This document shows, one piece after another, positions 1 through 11,100 of a stretch of DNA of 64,000 bases. The notes beneath the pieces were generated by a model. It searched no databases. It worked only from the letters and a program-made list of their open reading frames with translations, and was not told the DNA's origin. A program made the translations under genes and the position numbers. The DNA lies in IMG/VR virus record IMGVR_UViG_3300047564_002169, positions 1 to 64,000 of that record. One strand, given 5' to 3'. The stretch is from a virus. The stretch's first letter is position 1; each line of letters opens with the position of its first letter.

Positions 1-2
1 GA

Positions 3-203
3 GTAGACCTTTCGAACCTTAAAGAAGTTATTTCTTTCACAGCTGATACATCAAACCAGCAAGAATATACATATACTGCTGTCGCTAAAGACGTTTTGGG
101 TAATGTTTTAGATAGTAAAGAGTATTCTATTGTTGTTACCAATAATTGGACAACAGGTAAAAATGCTCTTCAAGAATTGGTTAGATTATCTAAAATCGTT
201 TAA
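3..203 (+). CDS. 3' end of a hypothetical protein, positionally gp5.1-like (partial)
   Basis: Open frame from the window edge, VDLSNLKE...NNWTTGKNALQELVRLSKIV*, directly upstream of the PAAR gene as gp5.1 is in T4. Confidence 0.5.
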   Translation, partial: VDLSNLKEVISFTADTSNQQEYTYTAVAKDVLGNVLDSKEYSIVVTNNWTTGKNALQELVRLSKIV

Positions 204-230
204 ATCAACTAATTACATCGGAATCTAATT

Positions 231-533
231 ATGCCAGCCGTTAGTAGAATAGGAGATATGAGCACAGGACATGGATGTTTTCGTCCTACTGCTTTAGCCA
301 CAACTCCAGTCATTAAAACATTTTTTAATGGTGCTCTGGCGAGCGTAGTTTCAGGTTCATGCCAACACGAATCTCACTGTTGTGGGACAGTTTGCCACAC
401 AGGTTCTGAAAGATCTCCTAGTTCTGGGGCTGGTAAAACATATATTGAAGGATTCGCTGCAGCTAGAATCGGAGATGACATAGCTTGCGGGGACGCAATA
501 GCTCAAGGATCTCCGAATTCTTTTATAGAATAA
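231..533 (+). CDS. 5.4: PAAR-repeat baseplate spike tip protein (gp5.4-like)
   Basis: MPAVSRIGD start, GHGC and C/H zinc ligands, AARIGD..ACGD.IAQGSPN C-terminus. Confidence 0.9.
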   Translation: MPAVSRIGDMSTGHGCFRPTALATTPVIKTFFNGALASVVSGSCQHESHCCGTVCHTGSERSPSSGAGKTYIEGFAAARIGDDIACGDAIAQGSPNSFIE

Positions 534-534
534 C

Positions 535-541
535 CTAAATA
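535..541 (+). promoter_or_regulatory. Late promoter-like motif CTAAATA
   Basis: Variant of the T4 late TATAAATA box immediately upstream of gp25; the same motif recurs before most structural genes. Confidence 0.5.
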
Positions 542-547
542 ACTAAT

Positions 548-940
548 ATGACAAGAAACACTAGAACCTTCTCCGATATCGACTTAAATTTCACTGCACA
601 CCCAGTGACTAAGGATATTACACGCAGATATGATGAGAATGCGATTAAACAATCTATTAAAAATCTACTTTTAACTCGTAACTTTGAAAGACCTTTTCAT
701 TCTGAAATAGGCTCACCCATTCGACAATTATTATTTGAACCAGTTGGTCCGATGTTTGTAGTTATGTTAAAAAGAGCTATTATCGATGTTATTTCTAATT
801 TTGAACCTAGAGTTGAAATTTTAGATATTGCAGTAAATGACTCGATTGACGCTAATGCTGTGTATATTACTTTAGAATACAAAATACTTAACACCGAGAG
901 ACCGTTAACTCTTGATTTCGCATTAGAGAGAACCCGATAA
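548..940 (+). CDS. 25: Baseplate wedge subunit gp25
   Basis: FSDIDLNF..HP, AIKQSIKNLLLT..FERPF, FEPRV motifs of gp25/GPW. Confidence 0.93.
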   Translation: MTRNTRTFSDIDLNFTAHPVTKDITRRYDENAIKQSIKNLLLTRNFERPFHSEIGSPIRQLLFEPVGPMFVVMLKRAIIDVISNFEPRVEILDIAVNDSIDANAVYITLEYKILNTERPLTLDFALERTR

Positions 941-2779
941 ATGGCATCGAATAACAAAAGAATCCAAGTTGGTGAGTTAGATTTTGACGCGATCAAAGCT
1001 AACCTTAAAAACTTCCTAAAAGGACAGGCTGAGTTTCAGGACTATGATTTTGAAGGTTCTGGTCTTTCTGTTCTTTTAGATGTGTTGGCATATAATACAC
1101 ATTATAATGGGGTCTATACTAATCTAGCAGTCAATGAAATGTTCCTAGATTCTGCTAGTAAAAGAGCGTCAGTTGTATCATTGGCTAAAATGTTAGGTTA
1201 TATTCCTCGTTCAGCCAAATGTTCTAAAGTTGTAGTGACAGCTACGATCACTGCCCCAACCTCTGCGCCAGCAGTTGCTACGCTCCCTGCATTACAACCG
1301 TTCACAACATCTATAGACAATAAAACATACACTTTCTATAATCGAGGAGCGCAGACCGTAGCTCGTTCTACGAATGGGACATATACATTCACCAATTTAG
1401 AATTAACTGAAGGCGCTCCTTTACAATACAAGTATACAGTTAGCGCAGGTAGTAGATATATTATACCTAACGCAAACGTAGATTTAGATACGTTAACCGT
1501 CGCTGTTCAGGAAACTGCGTCTTCTGTGACATTTAAAGTTTTTACTAGAGCAGACACGTTACTACAATTAGATGACACATCGTCAGTTTATTTTATTAAA
1601 GAAATTGATGATGGTTTATGTGAATTGACATTTGGAGATGGTGTTATAGGTAAAAAATTAGAAGAAGGAAATGTTATAACGTTAAATTATTTTGTTTCTT
1701 CTTTAGAAGAGCCAAACAAAGCATCAATCTTCACATACAACGGCGCAACTCTCATAGGCAGCAGCTTAACCGTAGTGGCTAATGATGTCGCCAATGGAGG
1801 CGCTGCCTCAGAAAGTATTGATGAAATTAAATACAATGCGCCTAGATTTTATGCAGCGCAAAATAGAGCAGTCACTGTAGAAGATTACAAAGCACTAATC
1901 TTAAAATATTTTTCTGCTGCTGAAACGGTTTCTGTTTGGGGTGGTGAAAATAACGATCCTCCAATCTATGGTAAAACTTTTATTTGCATTAAACCAAAAG
2001 ACGCTTTAAAATTAACGAACATGCAAAAAGAAGAAGTTTTGTCTGAAATTTTACAAAGCCGAAGTGTTGTTTCTATAACTCCGGTGTTGGTGGACCCAGA
2101 ATACTTTAATGTTAAAATCACCACCACGGTTTATTATAACAGTAGAGAAACTACTAAAACTCCAGACGATATAGCCAGTATCGTTAAACAAGCAATATAT
2201 GATTATGATGATAATGAACTACAAAGATTTGACGGCGTATTAAGATATTCTAAGCTACTTAATACAATCGATAATGCAGACCCTTCAATCGTCAATAATA
2301 TAACCAAACTTATTGTCACCAGAGAATTTACTCCAAAATTTGGTGTGGCTGCAGAATACAGATTAAATCTAATTAACCCAATTTCTCAAGAGGTCGGCAA
2401 ACACGGATCAGCTTTTTCAACAACTGGGTTTTATATAAACGGGTTCTCTCAAATTTGTTATCTAGATGATGATTCTGTTGGCAATATTGGTTTATATTAT
2501 GTCGGTCCGAGTTTAGAGAAAATATATTTAAATAAAACTATTGGTGTAATAGATTACACTGCCGGTAAAATAGTTGTAAGAAATCTAAACATTGTAGCAT
2601 TAGCTGATGGAATATTTGAAATGCAAGTTAAACCAGAATCTTATGATGTGGTTTCTGCATTAAATCAACTTGTTCAAATATCTAGAGATTTATTGGTAGT
2701 TAATGTTGTTGCAGATGAAACTATTAATGGTGATCTGCAAGGCGGTTTTAACTATAAATTCACGTCAATTAGATCATAA
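941..2779 (+). CDS. 6: Baseplate wedge subunit gp6
   Basis: LDFDAIK..LK, DYDFEGSGLSVLLDVLAYNTHY, QNRAVT.EDY motifs. Confidence 0.95.
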   Translation: MASNNKRIQVGELDFDAIKANLKNFLKGQAEFQDYDFEGSGLSVLLDVLAYNTHYNGVYTNLAVNEMFLDSASKRASVVSLAKMLGYIPRSAKCSKVVVTATITAPTSAPAVATLPALQPFTTSIDNKTYTFYNRGAQTVARSTNGTYTFTNLELTEGAPLQYKYTVSAGSRYIIPNANVDLDTLTVAVQETASSVTFKVFTRADTLLQLDDTSSVYFIKEIDDGLCELTFGDGVIGKKLEEGNVITLNYFVSSLEEPNKASIFTYNGATLIGSSLTVVANDVANGGAASESIDEIKYNAPRFYAAQNRAVTVEDYKALILKYFSAAETVSVWGGENNDPPIYGKTFICIKPKDALKLTNMQKEEVLSEILQSRSVVSITPVLVDPEYFNVKITTTVYYNSRETTKTPDDIASIVKQAIYDYDDNELQRFDGVLRYSKLLNTIDNADPSIVNNITKLIVTREFTPKFGVAAEYRLNLINPISQEVGKHGSAFSTTGFYINGFSQICYLDDDSVGNIGLYYVGPSLEKIYLNKTIGVIDYTAGKIVVRNLNIVALADGIFEMQVKPESYDVVSALNQLVQISRDLLVVNVVADETINGDLQGGFNYKFTSIRS

Positions 2780-4176
2780 TGAAAAGAACAGATTTAGATT
2801 TAGTAGTAGCTAAACATCTTCCTGAATATATTAGGGAAGATTATCCAACATTTGTAGCGTTTGTTGAAGCGTATTATTCTTATTTAAAAAATCAAAATGT
2901 TGATTTTACGCAAATAAGAGATATTGATGACACGTTACAGGAATTTATATCGCAGTTTAAAAAAGAATTAGCGCATAATTTTCCTGTGGATTCTCAAAAC
3001 GAGAGATTTTTATTACAAAGAATAAAAGATCAATATCTAGCTAAAGGATCTGAAGCGTCTTATAAACTTTTGTTCAGATTGTTGTTTGGTAAAAACGTAG
3101 AATTGTCATATCCTGGCAGATCTATGCTTAGGGCTTCTGATGGTCGATGGAACCAAGAAGTTTCTGTTTTTGTTCAAGTTGAATATGGAAACCCCAACGA
3201 AGTTGTTGGTAAAATTGTTGATATTCAAACGTCAAATCGCGTTCTTAATGTTTTGGTTGATAAGAAACAAGATATTGTCGGAGAATCAGCTGCAATTGCA
3301 GCTCTAGGTGGAAATGTATATGAATTATTTTTGGATAGAAAAACCGCAGGGGACTTCGCCCCAGGAAACATTATACGTTATAAAGATACATTTAAAGCAA
3401 TAATTTTACCGTGCACAGCTAAAATAAATATTGAACAACCTGGAACAAATTTTCGCGTCGGTCAAGTGTTCGAAATACGATTAGGCAATGGCACTGGCGC
3501 GTTAATGAAGGTCACTAGGATCACTAAAACTGGTGGGTTGAAATCTGTAGAGTTAATTAATTTTGGTATCGGTTATACTGACGATTTCACATTAAGTATT
3601 TTATCTCAAAATAGTATTACATCTGGATTATTATCAGGATCTTCTGCGATTAATGATCCTGCGCTTATAAGTGTCAATTTGGGCACGATCGCCAGATACC
3701 CAGGGTATTTTCAAACCAACGATGGGTTTCTTTCTGATAGTATGTTCATTCAAGACAGTAGATATTATCAAGCATTCTCATATGTGATTAAAATTGATCA
3801 ACGATTGCAGGAATATGCGTCAGCTGTAAAAACTATTGTGCATCCTGCCGGCATGGCGATGTTTGGTGAGTACACCATTGTTAATGATATCAATCTAGAC
3901 ATTGCTCTAGAATCAGCGATTAAGTTACTTGGAGTCACCCTAAGAGATTCAATCACAACATCTGAGAGTTTATCATTTACTGTATCTAAAGGCGCGTCTG
4001 ACCAGATTTCACAAACAGAAACTGTTGCTATTACGGTGAATAAATATCTTGAGACTGCAACAGTTGGATCTTGGTCCGACAATGGCGCTATTTGGAAAAA
4101 CCCATACCATTTAGAGGATTGGTATAACTATTCTGAACAATATGGTGAAGGTCTAGAGCAAACCTTTACTGATTAA
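2779..4176 (+). CDS. 7: Baseplate wedge initiator gp7-like
   Basis: LPEYIREDYPTFVAFVEAYY, KGSEASYKLLFRLLFG, IQDSRYYQAFSYVIK, HPAGM; lies between gp6 and gp8. Confidence 0.85.
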   Translation: MKRTDLDLVVAKHLPEYIREDYPTFVAFVEAYYSYLKNQNVDFTQIRDIDDTLQEFISQFKKELAHNFPVDSQNERFLLQRIKDQYLAKGSEASYKLLFRLLFGKNVELSYPGRSMLRASDGRWNQEVSVFVQVEYGNPNEVVGKIVDIQTSNRVLNVLVDKKQDIVGESAAIAALGGNVYELFLDRKTAGDFAPGNIIRYKDTFKAIILPCTAKINIEQPGTNFRVGQVFEIRLGNGTGALMKVTRITKTGGLKSVELINFGIGYTDDFTLSILSQNSITSGLLSGSSAINDPALISVNLGTIARYPGYFQTNDGFLSDSMFIQDSRYYQAFSYVIKIDQRLQEYASAVKTIVHPAGMAMFGEYTIVNDINLDIALESAIKLLGVTLRDSITTSESLSFTVSKGASDQISQTETVAITVNKYLETATVGSWSDNGAIWKNPYHLEDWYNYSEQYGEGLEQTFTD

Positions 4177-4188
4177 CGAGGAGATTTT

Positions 4189-4644
4189 ATGAAAACTGAA
4201 ATTGGTGACGCATTAAAAGCGACAGGTAATGTTCTTGTCACACAGACAAATTCTGAGGGGCGCGTCATCAAGCAGTTCACCGTCCCTAATCTAGTCGTCG
4301 CTACTGGAAAAAATTATATTGCATCAAAAATGACTGCGACTACCAATTCGCCAGTTTCTATGTCGCATATGGCTATTGGTACTGGAACAGTCGCCGCAGC
4401 ATTCAATGATACAACATTGGGCACAGAAGTCGCTCGTGTTTCTTTATCATCATCTGTGACGGCAGACAATAGTATCACATATTCAGCAGCATTCCCTGCT
4501 GGTACAGGCACTGGTAATATTACAGAAGCTGGTGTGTTTAACGCTTCTTCTGGTGGGATTATGCTGTGCCGCACGTCATTTTCTAGTGTTTCAAAACAAC
4601 TTGGCGATAGTATCACAATTACTTGGGTTGTTACAGTAAGTTAA
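4189..4644 (+). CDS. Virion structural protein (baseplate/fibre-anchor region)
   Basis: GGAG RBS; NLVV.TG, MAIGTG, ITEAGVFN motifs typical of phage tail-associated proteins. Confidence 0.7.
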   Translation: MKTEIGDALKATGNVLVTQTNSEGRVIKQFTVPNLVVATGKNYIASKMTATTNSPVSMSHMAIGTGTVAAAFNDTTLGTEVARVSLSSSVTADNSITYSAAFPAGTGTGNITEAGVFNASSGGIMLCRTSFSSVSKQLGDSITITWVVTVS

Positions 4645-4661
4645 TTTTTTTAGGCTGGCAT

Positions 4662-7600
4662 ATGGCGTTCACCAATTCTAATTCTTTGATAAAAACTATA
4701 GCGCACCGTTCACTCGCTGAAGGTGTTTACAGAGACGTTGTAAGTAGAAGCTCTAATTACTATTATTATCTTGGTAAGACCCTTGATTGGGTAGACGAAC
4801 TTCAACCGCCAAACCCAGTTGATAGTTATGAATATGAAAGAATATCAAGAAATGAAATTATAACGTTAAAAGAAATTAAATCTTCTGATGTGGCGTTCGT
4901 CATTCCAAGAATAAATTGGGTTTCCAATACAGTATATGATAAGTATGATGATTTATATTCAGATGAGGTTATTGGATTAGACATTATAGATGGCGGCTCT
5001 GACTACACATCAGTTCCAACTATTACTGTTACAGGTGGTGGCGGTGAAGGCGCTCAATTTAATGCAGTGCTTTTTCAGAATAAAATAATTGATATAGAAA
5101 CGGTTTCTAGAGGCAGAGGCTATACTGCAGAACCAACTGTCACTGTTACTGGTGGTGGTGGTTCTGGCGCTATTTTAACAGCTAAAGTTAATATCGCTCC
5201 GTCTGGTTCTCAAAAATTAGAAGATTGCATTTTTTATGTGATGACGGATGACTTTAATGTTTACAAATGCTTAGATAATAATAACGGCGCGGAATCGACG
5301 ATTAAACCTATCGGAACACAGATATCACCGATCTATACGTCAGACGGATATGTGTGGAAATATATGTACAATGTTCCAATTGTACTAAGAAATAAATTTT
5401 TATCTGAGACGTTTATCCCAGTAACAACTGCGTTGACTAATCAATTTTATTCTAATGGCTCTATTGATAATGTAATTATTACCAATAAAGGATCAGGATA
5501 TACTGGAGCGCGCATATCCGTGTCTGGTGATGGGTATCTAGCGTTAGACCCAGTTTATTTACAATCTGTTATTATTTCTCAGCGAGGCTCAGATTATAGT
5601 AGCACTCCTACTGTCACAGTTGCTGATCCTATAGCAAACGCGACGTTATGGGTTTCTGGTGGGCTATCAGTAATTTTAGGTCAAAAAATAAAAAATAGTT
5701 ATGGAGATTTTTATGAAGTTGTTTCTGCTGGTACTTTAAATAGCGTTTCTGAACCAACGCATAAATCTGGTATAATCATCAACGGAACAGCAGCGCTAAA
5801 ATATATTGGCACCAGAGCAACTGCGACCGCAACAGTCGTCGATGGTGAGATAGATGATATTACTTTATTGGGTGGTGTTGCAGACGTTAATATAATTAAC
5901 GCAGGTTCTGGGTATACGACGCCACCAAGAGTATTTTTTTCTGGTGGAGGTGGAGGCAACGCGACAGGGTTTGCAGATTTAAGAAATGGTTCTGTGTTGC
6001 AAGTTAAAATTACCAACTTAGGCAGCAATTACACTTCTGCTCCAACGGTGTCTTTTGGTACTCAATGGGTCTCTGATGATTATACAAACATCGGTGATCA
6101 GATATATTTTTCTAATAGATTATACACAGTATCTGGTGGTATTAATCCATTAAAAGTTGATGAGTCGTATTATACCAGCAAATTCGCGCAGCTTGGTATT
6201 GTGATAGATGATGAATTAAACACACCATGTACGGCATCATTATTTTTCTCGCCAGATGGACTAAAAATGTTCGTTGGCGATGAATGTAACTACACTGTTC
6301 AAGCATACGACCTAGCGATAGCATGGGACGTTTCTACTGCCTCGATTGTTAGTAGCGATTCGGGTTGGCTTGAAGAAACATCTCCTACTGGTTTATATTT
6401 TAGTTCCGATGGCACAAAAATGTACGTTGTTGGTACAATACGAACTGAAGTATATCAATATAATCTTGATACTGCGTGGACATTACCACCGGCTACGCCT
6501 GGTGTTGGCGAATCACCGCTGGAGCCAAGTGAAGAATCATTTTCTATCAATTCACAAGACACAAATCCTGTAGGATTAGCATTTAGCTCTGATGGAACTA
6601 AAATGTATATTCTAGGGGGTGCTAACAATACAGTTTATCAGTATAACCTAGGAACTGCATGGTCTGTTTCTACTGCTGTTAGTGATTCTTCATTCGATGT
6701 TTCTGCGCAATCACTCACCCCGAGCGCCATAACATTTAGCAGTGATGGTAAATACATGTTGATTGTTGATAATGGATCATCTAATGTTCATCAGTACAAT
6801 CTGGCAACTGCTTGGTCAATATCAACTGCATCTCATTATAATTCTTTTTATATTGCAGCAGAATTTGAGCCGATCAGAGGTATATTTTTAGAGTCATCCA
6901 ATAATTATTGGTATATCGCCAAGAGCTATACCCATACGGTTCACCAATATCAAGTTCCACAAAGATTAAAATTGGGAAGTGTTTCACCATCTCATAATTC
7001 TGGTTCTGCTACTAATGGTGATGTCACTTTAACATATGCTGGACAACCTGCTACTGGAACCGCAGTTTTAAAATACGGTTCTGGTTATTCAGCGCAACCA
7101 GAAATTACTATAACTGATACCACTGGATCTGGTGCTCAAGCGTATTTTACTTTGTCTAAATCAGAAGCTAAAATAGTTCCAATTATTGAAAATGGGCAGA
7201 TAACTGGTGTTGACGTTCTTGATGGTGGTGTTGGATATACATCTGCGACGTTAACGTTGTCTGGCGATGGTGTCGGCGGCGCGCTCGCGGCAGATCTTAA
7301 TATCGGAAATATTCAATCCGTGCAGGCTAATACAGAATTGTTAACTAAAGCTGGTACTATTAACTGTATTGAAATAATTAGCGGTGGTTATAATTATTCA
7401 GAATGTAGTATATCAATTAATGGTGATGGTACTGACGCGACAGCAGAGGCAGTAATAGACGAGTTTAATAGAATAACTAAAATAAATATTACTAATCCAG
7501 GAATTGGATATACTTATGCCAATGTTTCTGTGACTGGTGATGGGTTGGGAGCTAAACTAAGAGCGATTATATCCCCATTTGGCGGTCATGGTAAAAATTC

Positions 7601-8126
7601 TTCAGATGAATTATTTGCGCGAACCTTGATGTTTTACGCTAATGTGTCTAACGATTTAAACCAAGGACTAGCCGTTAACAATGATTATCGTCAAATTGGT
7701 ATTATAAGAAATCCAAGAGTTCACAATCGTGATAGTAGGTTCACTGGTATTATTGGCTCGGCGTGTTTTATCGTAGATGCTACTTCTGTGAATAATCCCG
7801 CTTCGCCTTTGACCACATATTTTAGTCGAGATCAAGACGTTTTTGTAACTAGAACTATTAATGGGAATGCCGTTGATAAAAAATATAGAATAGTTTCTCT
7901 CACAGAAAAATCAATATTATTACAGTCTTTGGAAAACGATACACCGTTAGTCAATGACATATTTAAACGAACTGAAAATCAATCAACAGTTTCGTTTCAA
8001 ATTAATTCAGTGGGCGACCCAACTGTCGATAAATATTCTGGTCAGTTATTGTTTATAGACAACAACAGAGCATTTACGCCATCTTCTGAGCAGACCGTTA
8101 TCCTTAGAACATCTATAAGATTCTAA
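4662..8126 (+). CDS. 8: Baseplate wedge gp8-like protein, enlarged by repeat domains and a beta-propeller insertion
   Basis: FYVMTDDFNVYKCLDNN, DGYVWKYMY, ISPFGGHG, NDYRQIGIIRNP, YSGQLLFIDN; first ATG after the upstream stop is at 4662. Confidence 0.85.
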   Translation: MAFTNSNSLIKTIAHRSLAEGVYRDVVSRSSNYYYYLGKTLDWVDELQPPNPVDSYEYERISRNEIITLKEIKSSDVAFVIPRINWVSNTVYDKYDDLYSDEVIGLDIIDGGSDYTSVPTITVTGGGGEGAQFNAVLFQNKIIDIETVSRGRGYTAEPTVTVTGGGGSGAILTAKVNIAPSGSQKLEDCIFYVMTDDFNVYKCLDNNNGAESTIKPIGTQISPIYTSDGYVWKYMYNVPIVLRNKFLSETFIPVTTALTNQFYSNGSIDNVIITNKGSGYTGARISVSGDGYLALDPVYLQSVIISQRGSDYSSTPTVTVADPIANATLWVSGGLSVILGQKIKNSYGDFYEVVSAGTLNSVSEPTHKSGIIINGTAALKYIGTRATATATVVDGEIDDITLLGGVADVNIINAGSGYTTPPRVFFSGGGGGNATGFADLRNGSVLQVKITNLGSNYTSAPTVSFGTQWVSDDYTNIGDQIYFSNRLYTVSGGINPLKVDESYYTSKFAQLGIVIDDELNTPCTASLFFSPDGLKMFVGDECNYTVQAYDLAIAWDVSTASIVSSDSGWLEETSPTGLYFSSDGTKMYVVGTIRTEVYQYNLDTAWTLPPATPGVGESPLEPSEESFSINSQDTNPVGLAFSSDGTKMYILGGANNTVYQYNLGTAWSVSTAVSDSSFDVSAQSLTPSAITFSSDGKYMLIVDNGSSNVHQYNLATAWSISTASHYNSFYIAAEFEPIRGIFLESSNNYWYIAKSYTHTVHQYQVPQRLKLGSVSPSHNSGSATNGDVTLTYAGQPATGTAVLKYGSGYSAQPEITITDTTGSGAQAYFTLSKSEAKIVPIIENGQITGVDVLDGGVGYTSATLTLSGDGVGGALAADLNIGNIQSVQANTELLTKAGTINCIEIISGGYNYSECSISINGDGTDATAEAVIDEFNRITKINITNPGIGYTYANVSVTGDGLGAKLRAIISPFGGHGKNSSDELFARTLMFYANVSNDLNQGLAVNNDYRQIGIIRNPRVHNRDSRFTGIIGSACFIVDATSVNNPASPLTTYFSRDQDVFVTRTINGNAVDKKYRIVSLTEKSILLQSLENDTPLVNDIFKRTENQSTVSFQINSVGDPTVDKYSGQLLFIDNNRAFTPSSEQTVILRTSIRF

Positions 8127-8127
8127 G

Positions 8128-8134
8128 ATAAATA
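8128..8134 (+). promoter_or_regulatory. Late promoter-like motif ATAAATA
   Basis: Intergenic, ahead of the 2325-aa gene. Confidence 0.5.
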
Positions 8135-8168
8135 GGAAAAGAATTTAACCAATTAGGATAAAGTTAGA

Positions 8169-11100
8169 ATGACAATCAATTTTAACACTGAACCGTATAA
8201 TGACGACTATGACGCTGAAAAAGATTTTTATAGAATTTTATTTCGTCCAAGTTATGCTGTTCAGGCTAGAGAACTAACTCAATTACAAACAATTTTACAG
8301 AATCAAGTTTCTAGATTCGGTGATCATGTATTTAAAAACGGCTCTCAGGTTATTCCAGGATCTATCAACGTGGATGATAAAATCCACTTTATTAAGTTAG
8401 AAACTACGTATAACACAGCTAACGTATTGACTTATCTATCATCTTTCCGCGATAAAATTATCACTGGTTCCACATCTGGTGTAAAACTTCGCGTTATTGA
8501 TACCTCTAATTGCGAATGCGTTGTCGACCAAACTTCTATTCCAACGCTTTATTGCAAAATTGAAAATACTGCAGAAGACGGTACAACTAAAAGATTAATT
8601 CCAGGAGAAGATGTTATCGCTCTGGAAGCTGATAATCAGATAGAAACTAATTATAAGCTAACAGAAAATCAATCTGATGATCTCGGTGCCACTGTTAGAT
8701 CTCTTGGTGATCTTGCCGAAACCGCTACAACTTATACAAATAACCCATCTTCTGATGTACTCGGTTTTGCATATGGTGTAGACATTAAAGCGGGTATCTA
8801 TTATGTTGATGGGTTCTTTGTCAGAAATTCTGAAAAACATCTATACATTGGTCGTTTTAGTCCAACAGTTTTTGGACTAGATGAAAACGACCAACCTCAA
8901 ACATCATGCAGAGTTGGATTTAAAGTTATTGAGGATTTAATTGCTCCAGAAGATGACGAAACCTTGTTGGATAATGCGCAAGGATCGTTTAACTTTGCTG
9001 CTCCGGGTGCGCATCGTTACAAAATTTCTTTGGATGTGGTTCGACTTCCATTAAATTACACACCAGACAATATTCGCTTTATTGAACTTCTGCGAATCGT
9101 TGATGGTAGAATTCAAAGAAAAGTCACCACCAGCTCTTATGCAGAGCTAGAAAAAACTCTTGCTCGCCGCACGTATGATGAGTCTGGTAACTATGAAGTT
9201 AATAAATTTAAATTATCTGTTCGCGAACACTTAGATAATGGTTCCAATTTTGGTGTATACCCAGAAACACCTCAAACTCCAGTAGCTGGTGTGACTTATG
9301 GAGATCCTGATAAGTTTGTAGTTGTTGTGGATCCAGGTAAAGCATATGTTCAAGGGTATGAAGTAGAAGCTGTAGCTTCACAATTCGTAGAGTTAAATAA
9401 AGCCAGAGAGAATTCAATAACGGGCGACGAGGGTGGTCATATTTTTAGATTGGATGATCAACCAATTCCCACACAAAACGGTAACTATGTTTTAGTTAAA
9501 AATCTATACAAATTGCCAGCAGTAGACTCTTTCGAACGAGTTTATTTGGTTAAAAAATTAAACGCAGTTCCAGGCGCAGCGCCAGCTTCATCTGATATTG
9601 TTGGAACCGCTAGAATAAAGGGTATAGAACTACACTCAGCCGATTATACTGCTGGTACATCTACTGTATATAAACTGGGTCTTATTGATGTTAATATGTA
9701 TTCCGGATTCTCTTTCGAGGCAGACGTTAAACAATTAACAGGAACTGATACAACTGGTGTTTTTACTTGTGACATTAATCCTTCCCCATATACTTTGTTG
9801 GGCTCAGCTACGACCAGCACATCTTCTCAAACTGTGACTGGAGTTGGAACAAACTTTGTTAGTTCTATTGTGGCTGGTGATGTGCTATATGTTAATAATG
9901 TTTTAATCGGCACAGTTTCTACCACCCCGACAAATAACCTGTCATTGACATTAACAGCTAATGCTGCAGCGACGGTTAGTGGTGGTATTATTAGTATTTT
10001 CCGCGCTGAAATTTTTGAAGCAGAATATGCATCTTTAATTTACAGAGTTGGTCCTCAGTTCGTTAAAACTCTTCGCGGATGGGACGGTACTGCCGATACT
10101 CAGAAAAGCACTCAAGTCACAGTTAGAAGAATATTTTCTCCATATACTGTTGGGTCAACATTAATAGCTGAATTTTCATTAACTAACACTAATGAGTTTT
10201 TCTTATCTGATTCAGATCTTTCTAATTATCTGCTAATTAATAATTCAACCAATTTACCCGTAAACATAACAACATCAAGCATCACTTTCGATAATGACAC
10301 AAACAGAAAAACTGTAACATTCTCTGGTTTAACGGATGGAGTGTCGTATAGTTTGATAGCTTCAGTGTTGCAGATTAATTTGGCAGGACAAGAAAAAACT
10401 AAAACGCTTATTTCTAATTTTGAACAGACTATAACTGGTGCCAAATTTGTTACTAGCAATACTGTAGAATTGTCAAAAGCGGATGTTTTAAGAATTAAAA
10501 ACATTTATATGACTCCAGGGAATTACAATGCGTATAGTGATTCTGGAAGAGTTGATATTACAGATCGATACACATTAGACGACGGTCAACGATCTGCTTA
10601 TTACACTAATTCAAAATTAGTTCTAAAACCAGGATTCCAGGTTCCTTCTGGTGCTATTAAAGTCGTTTATGACTATTTTCAAGTTTCTGGCAGCGGAAAC
10701 TACTTCTCTGTAGATTCATATTCTACCATCGATTATGATTTAATACCGAATTATTTTACGATAGATCCAAGCACAGGTAAAAAAACAGAAATCTGTTTGT
10801 CTTGTGTTCTTGATTATCGCCCAATCATCGCTGGCGATAATACATGGTATCCACAGTTACCAAAAATTGGTACTGATGCTAACGCACCAATCGCGTTCTA
10901 TGTTGGTCGTCAAGACAAGCTAGTTTTAGACTCAGTTGGTCGTTTTAATGTCATTCAAGGTGTGCCAGCATTATTACCACAAGAACCAGAAGATCCAAAA
11001 GAAGGATTGGTACTTGCTTCCATCTATATTCCACCATATACCAAGTTTGTAGATTCCGTAAAAGTTTATCAGCGCGACAATCGTAGATATACCATGAAAG

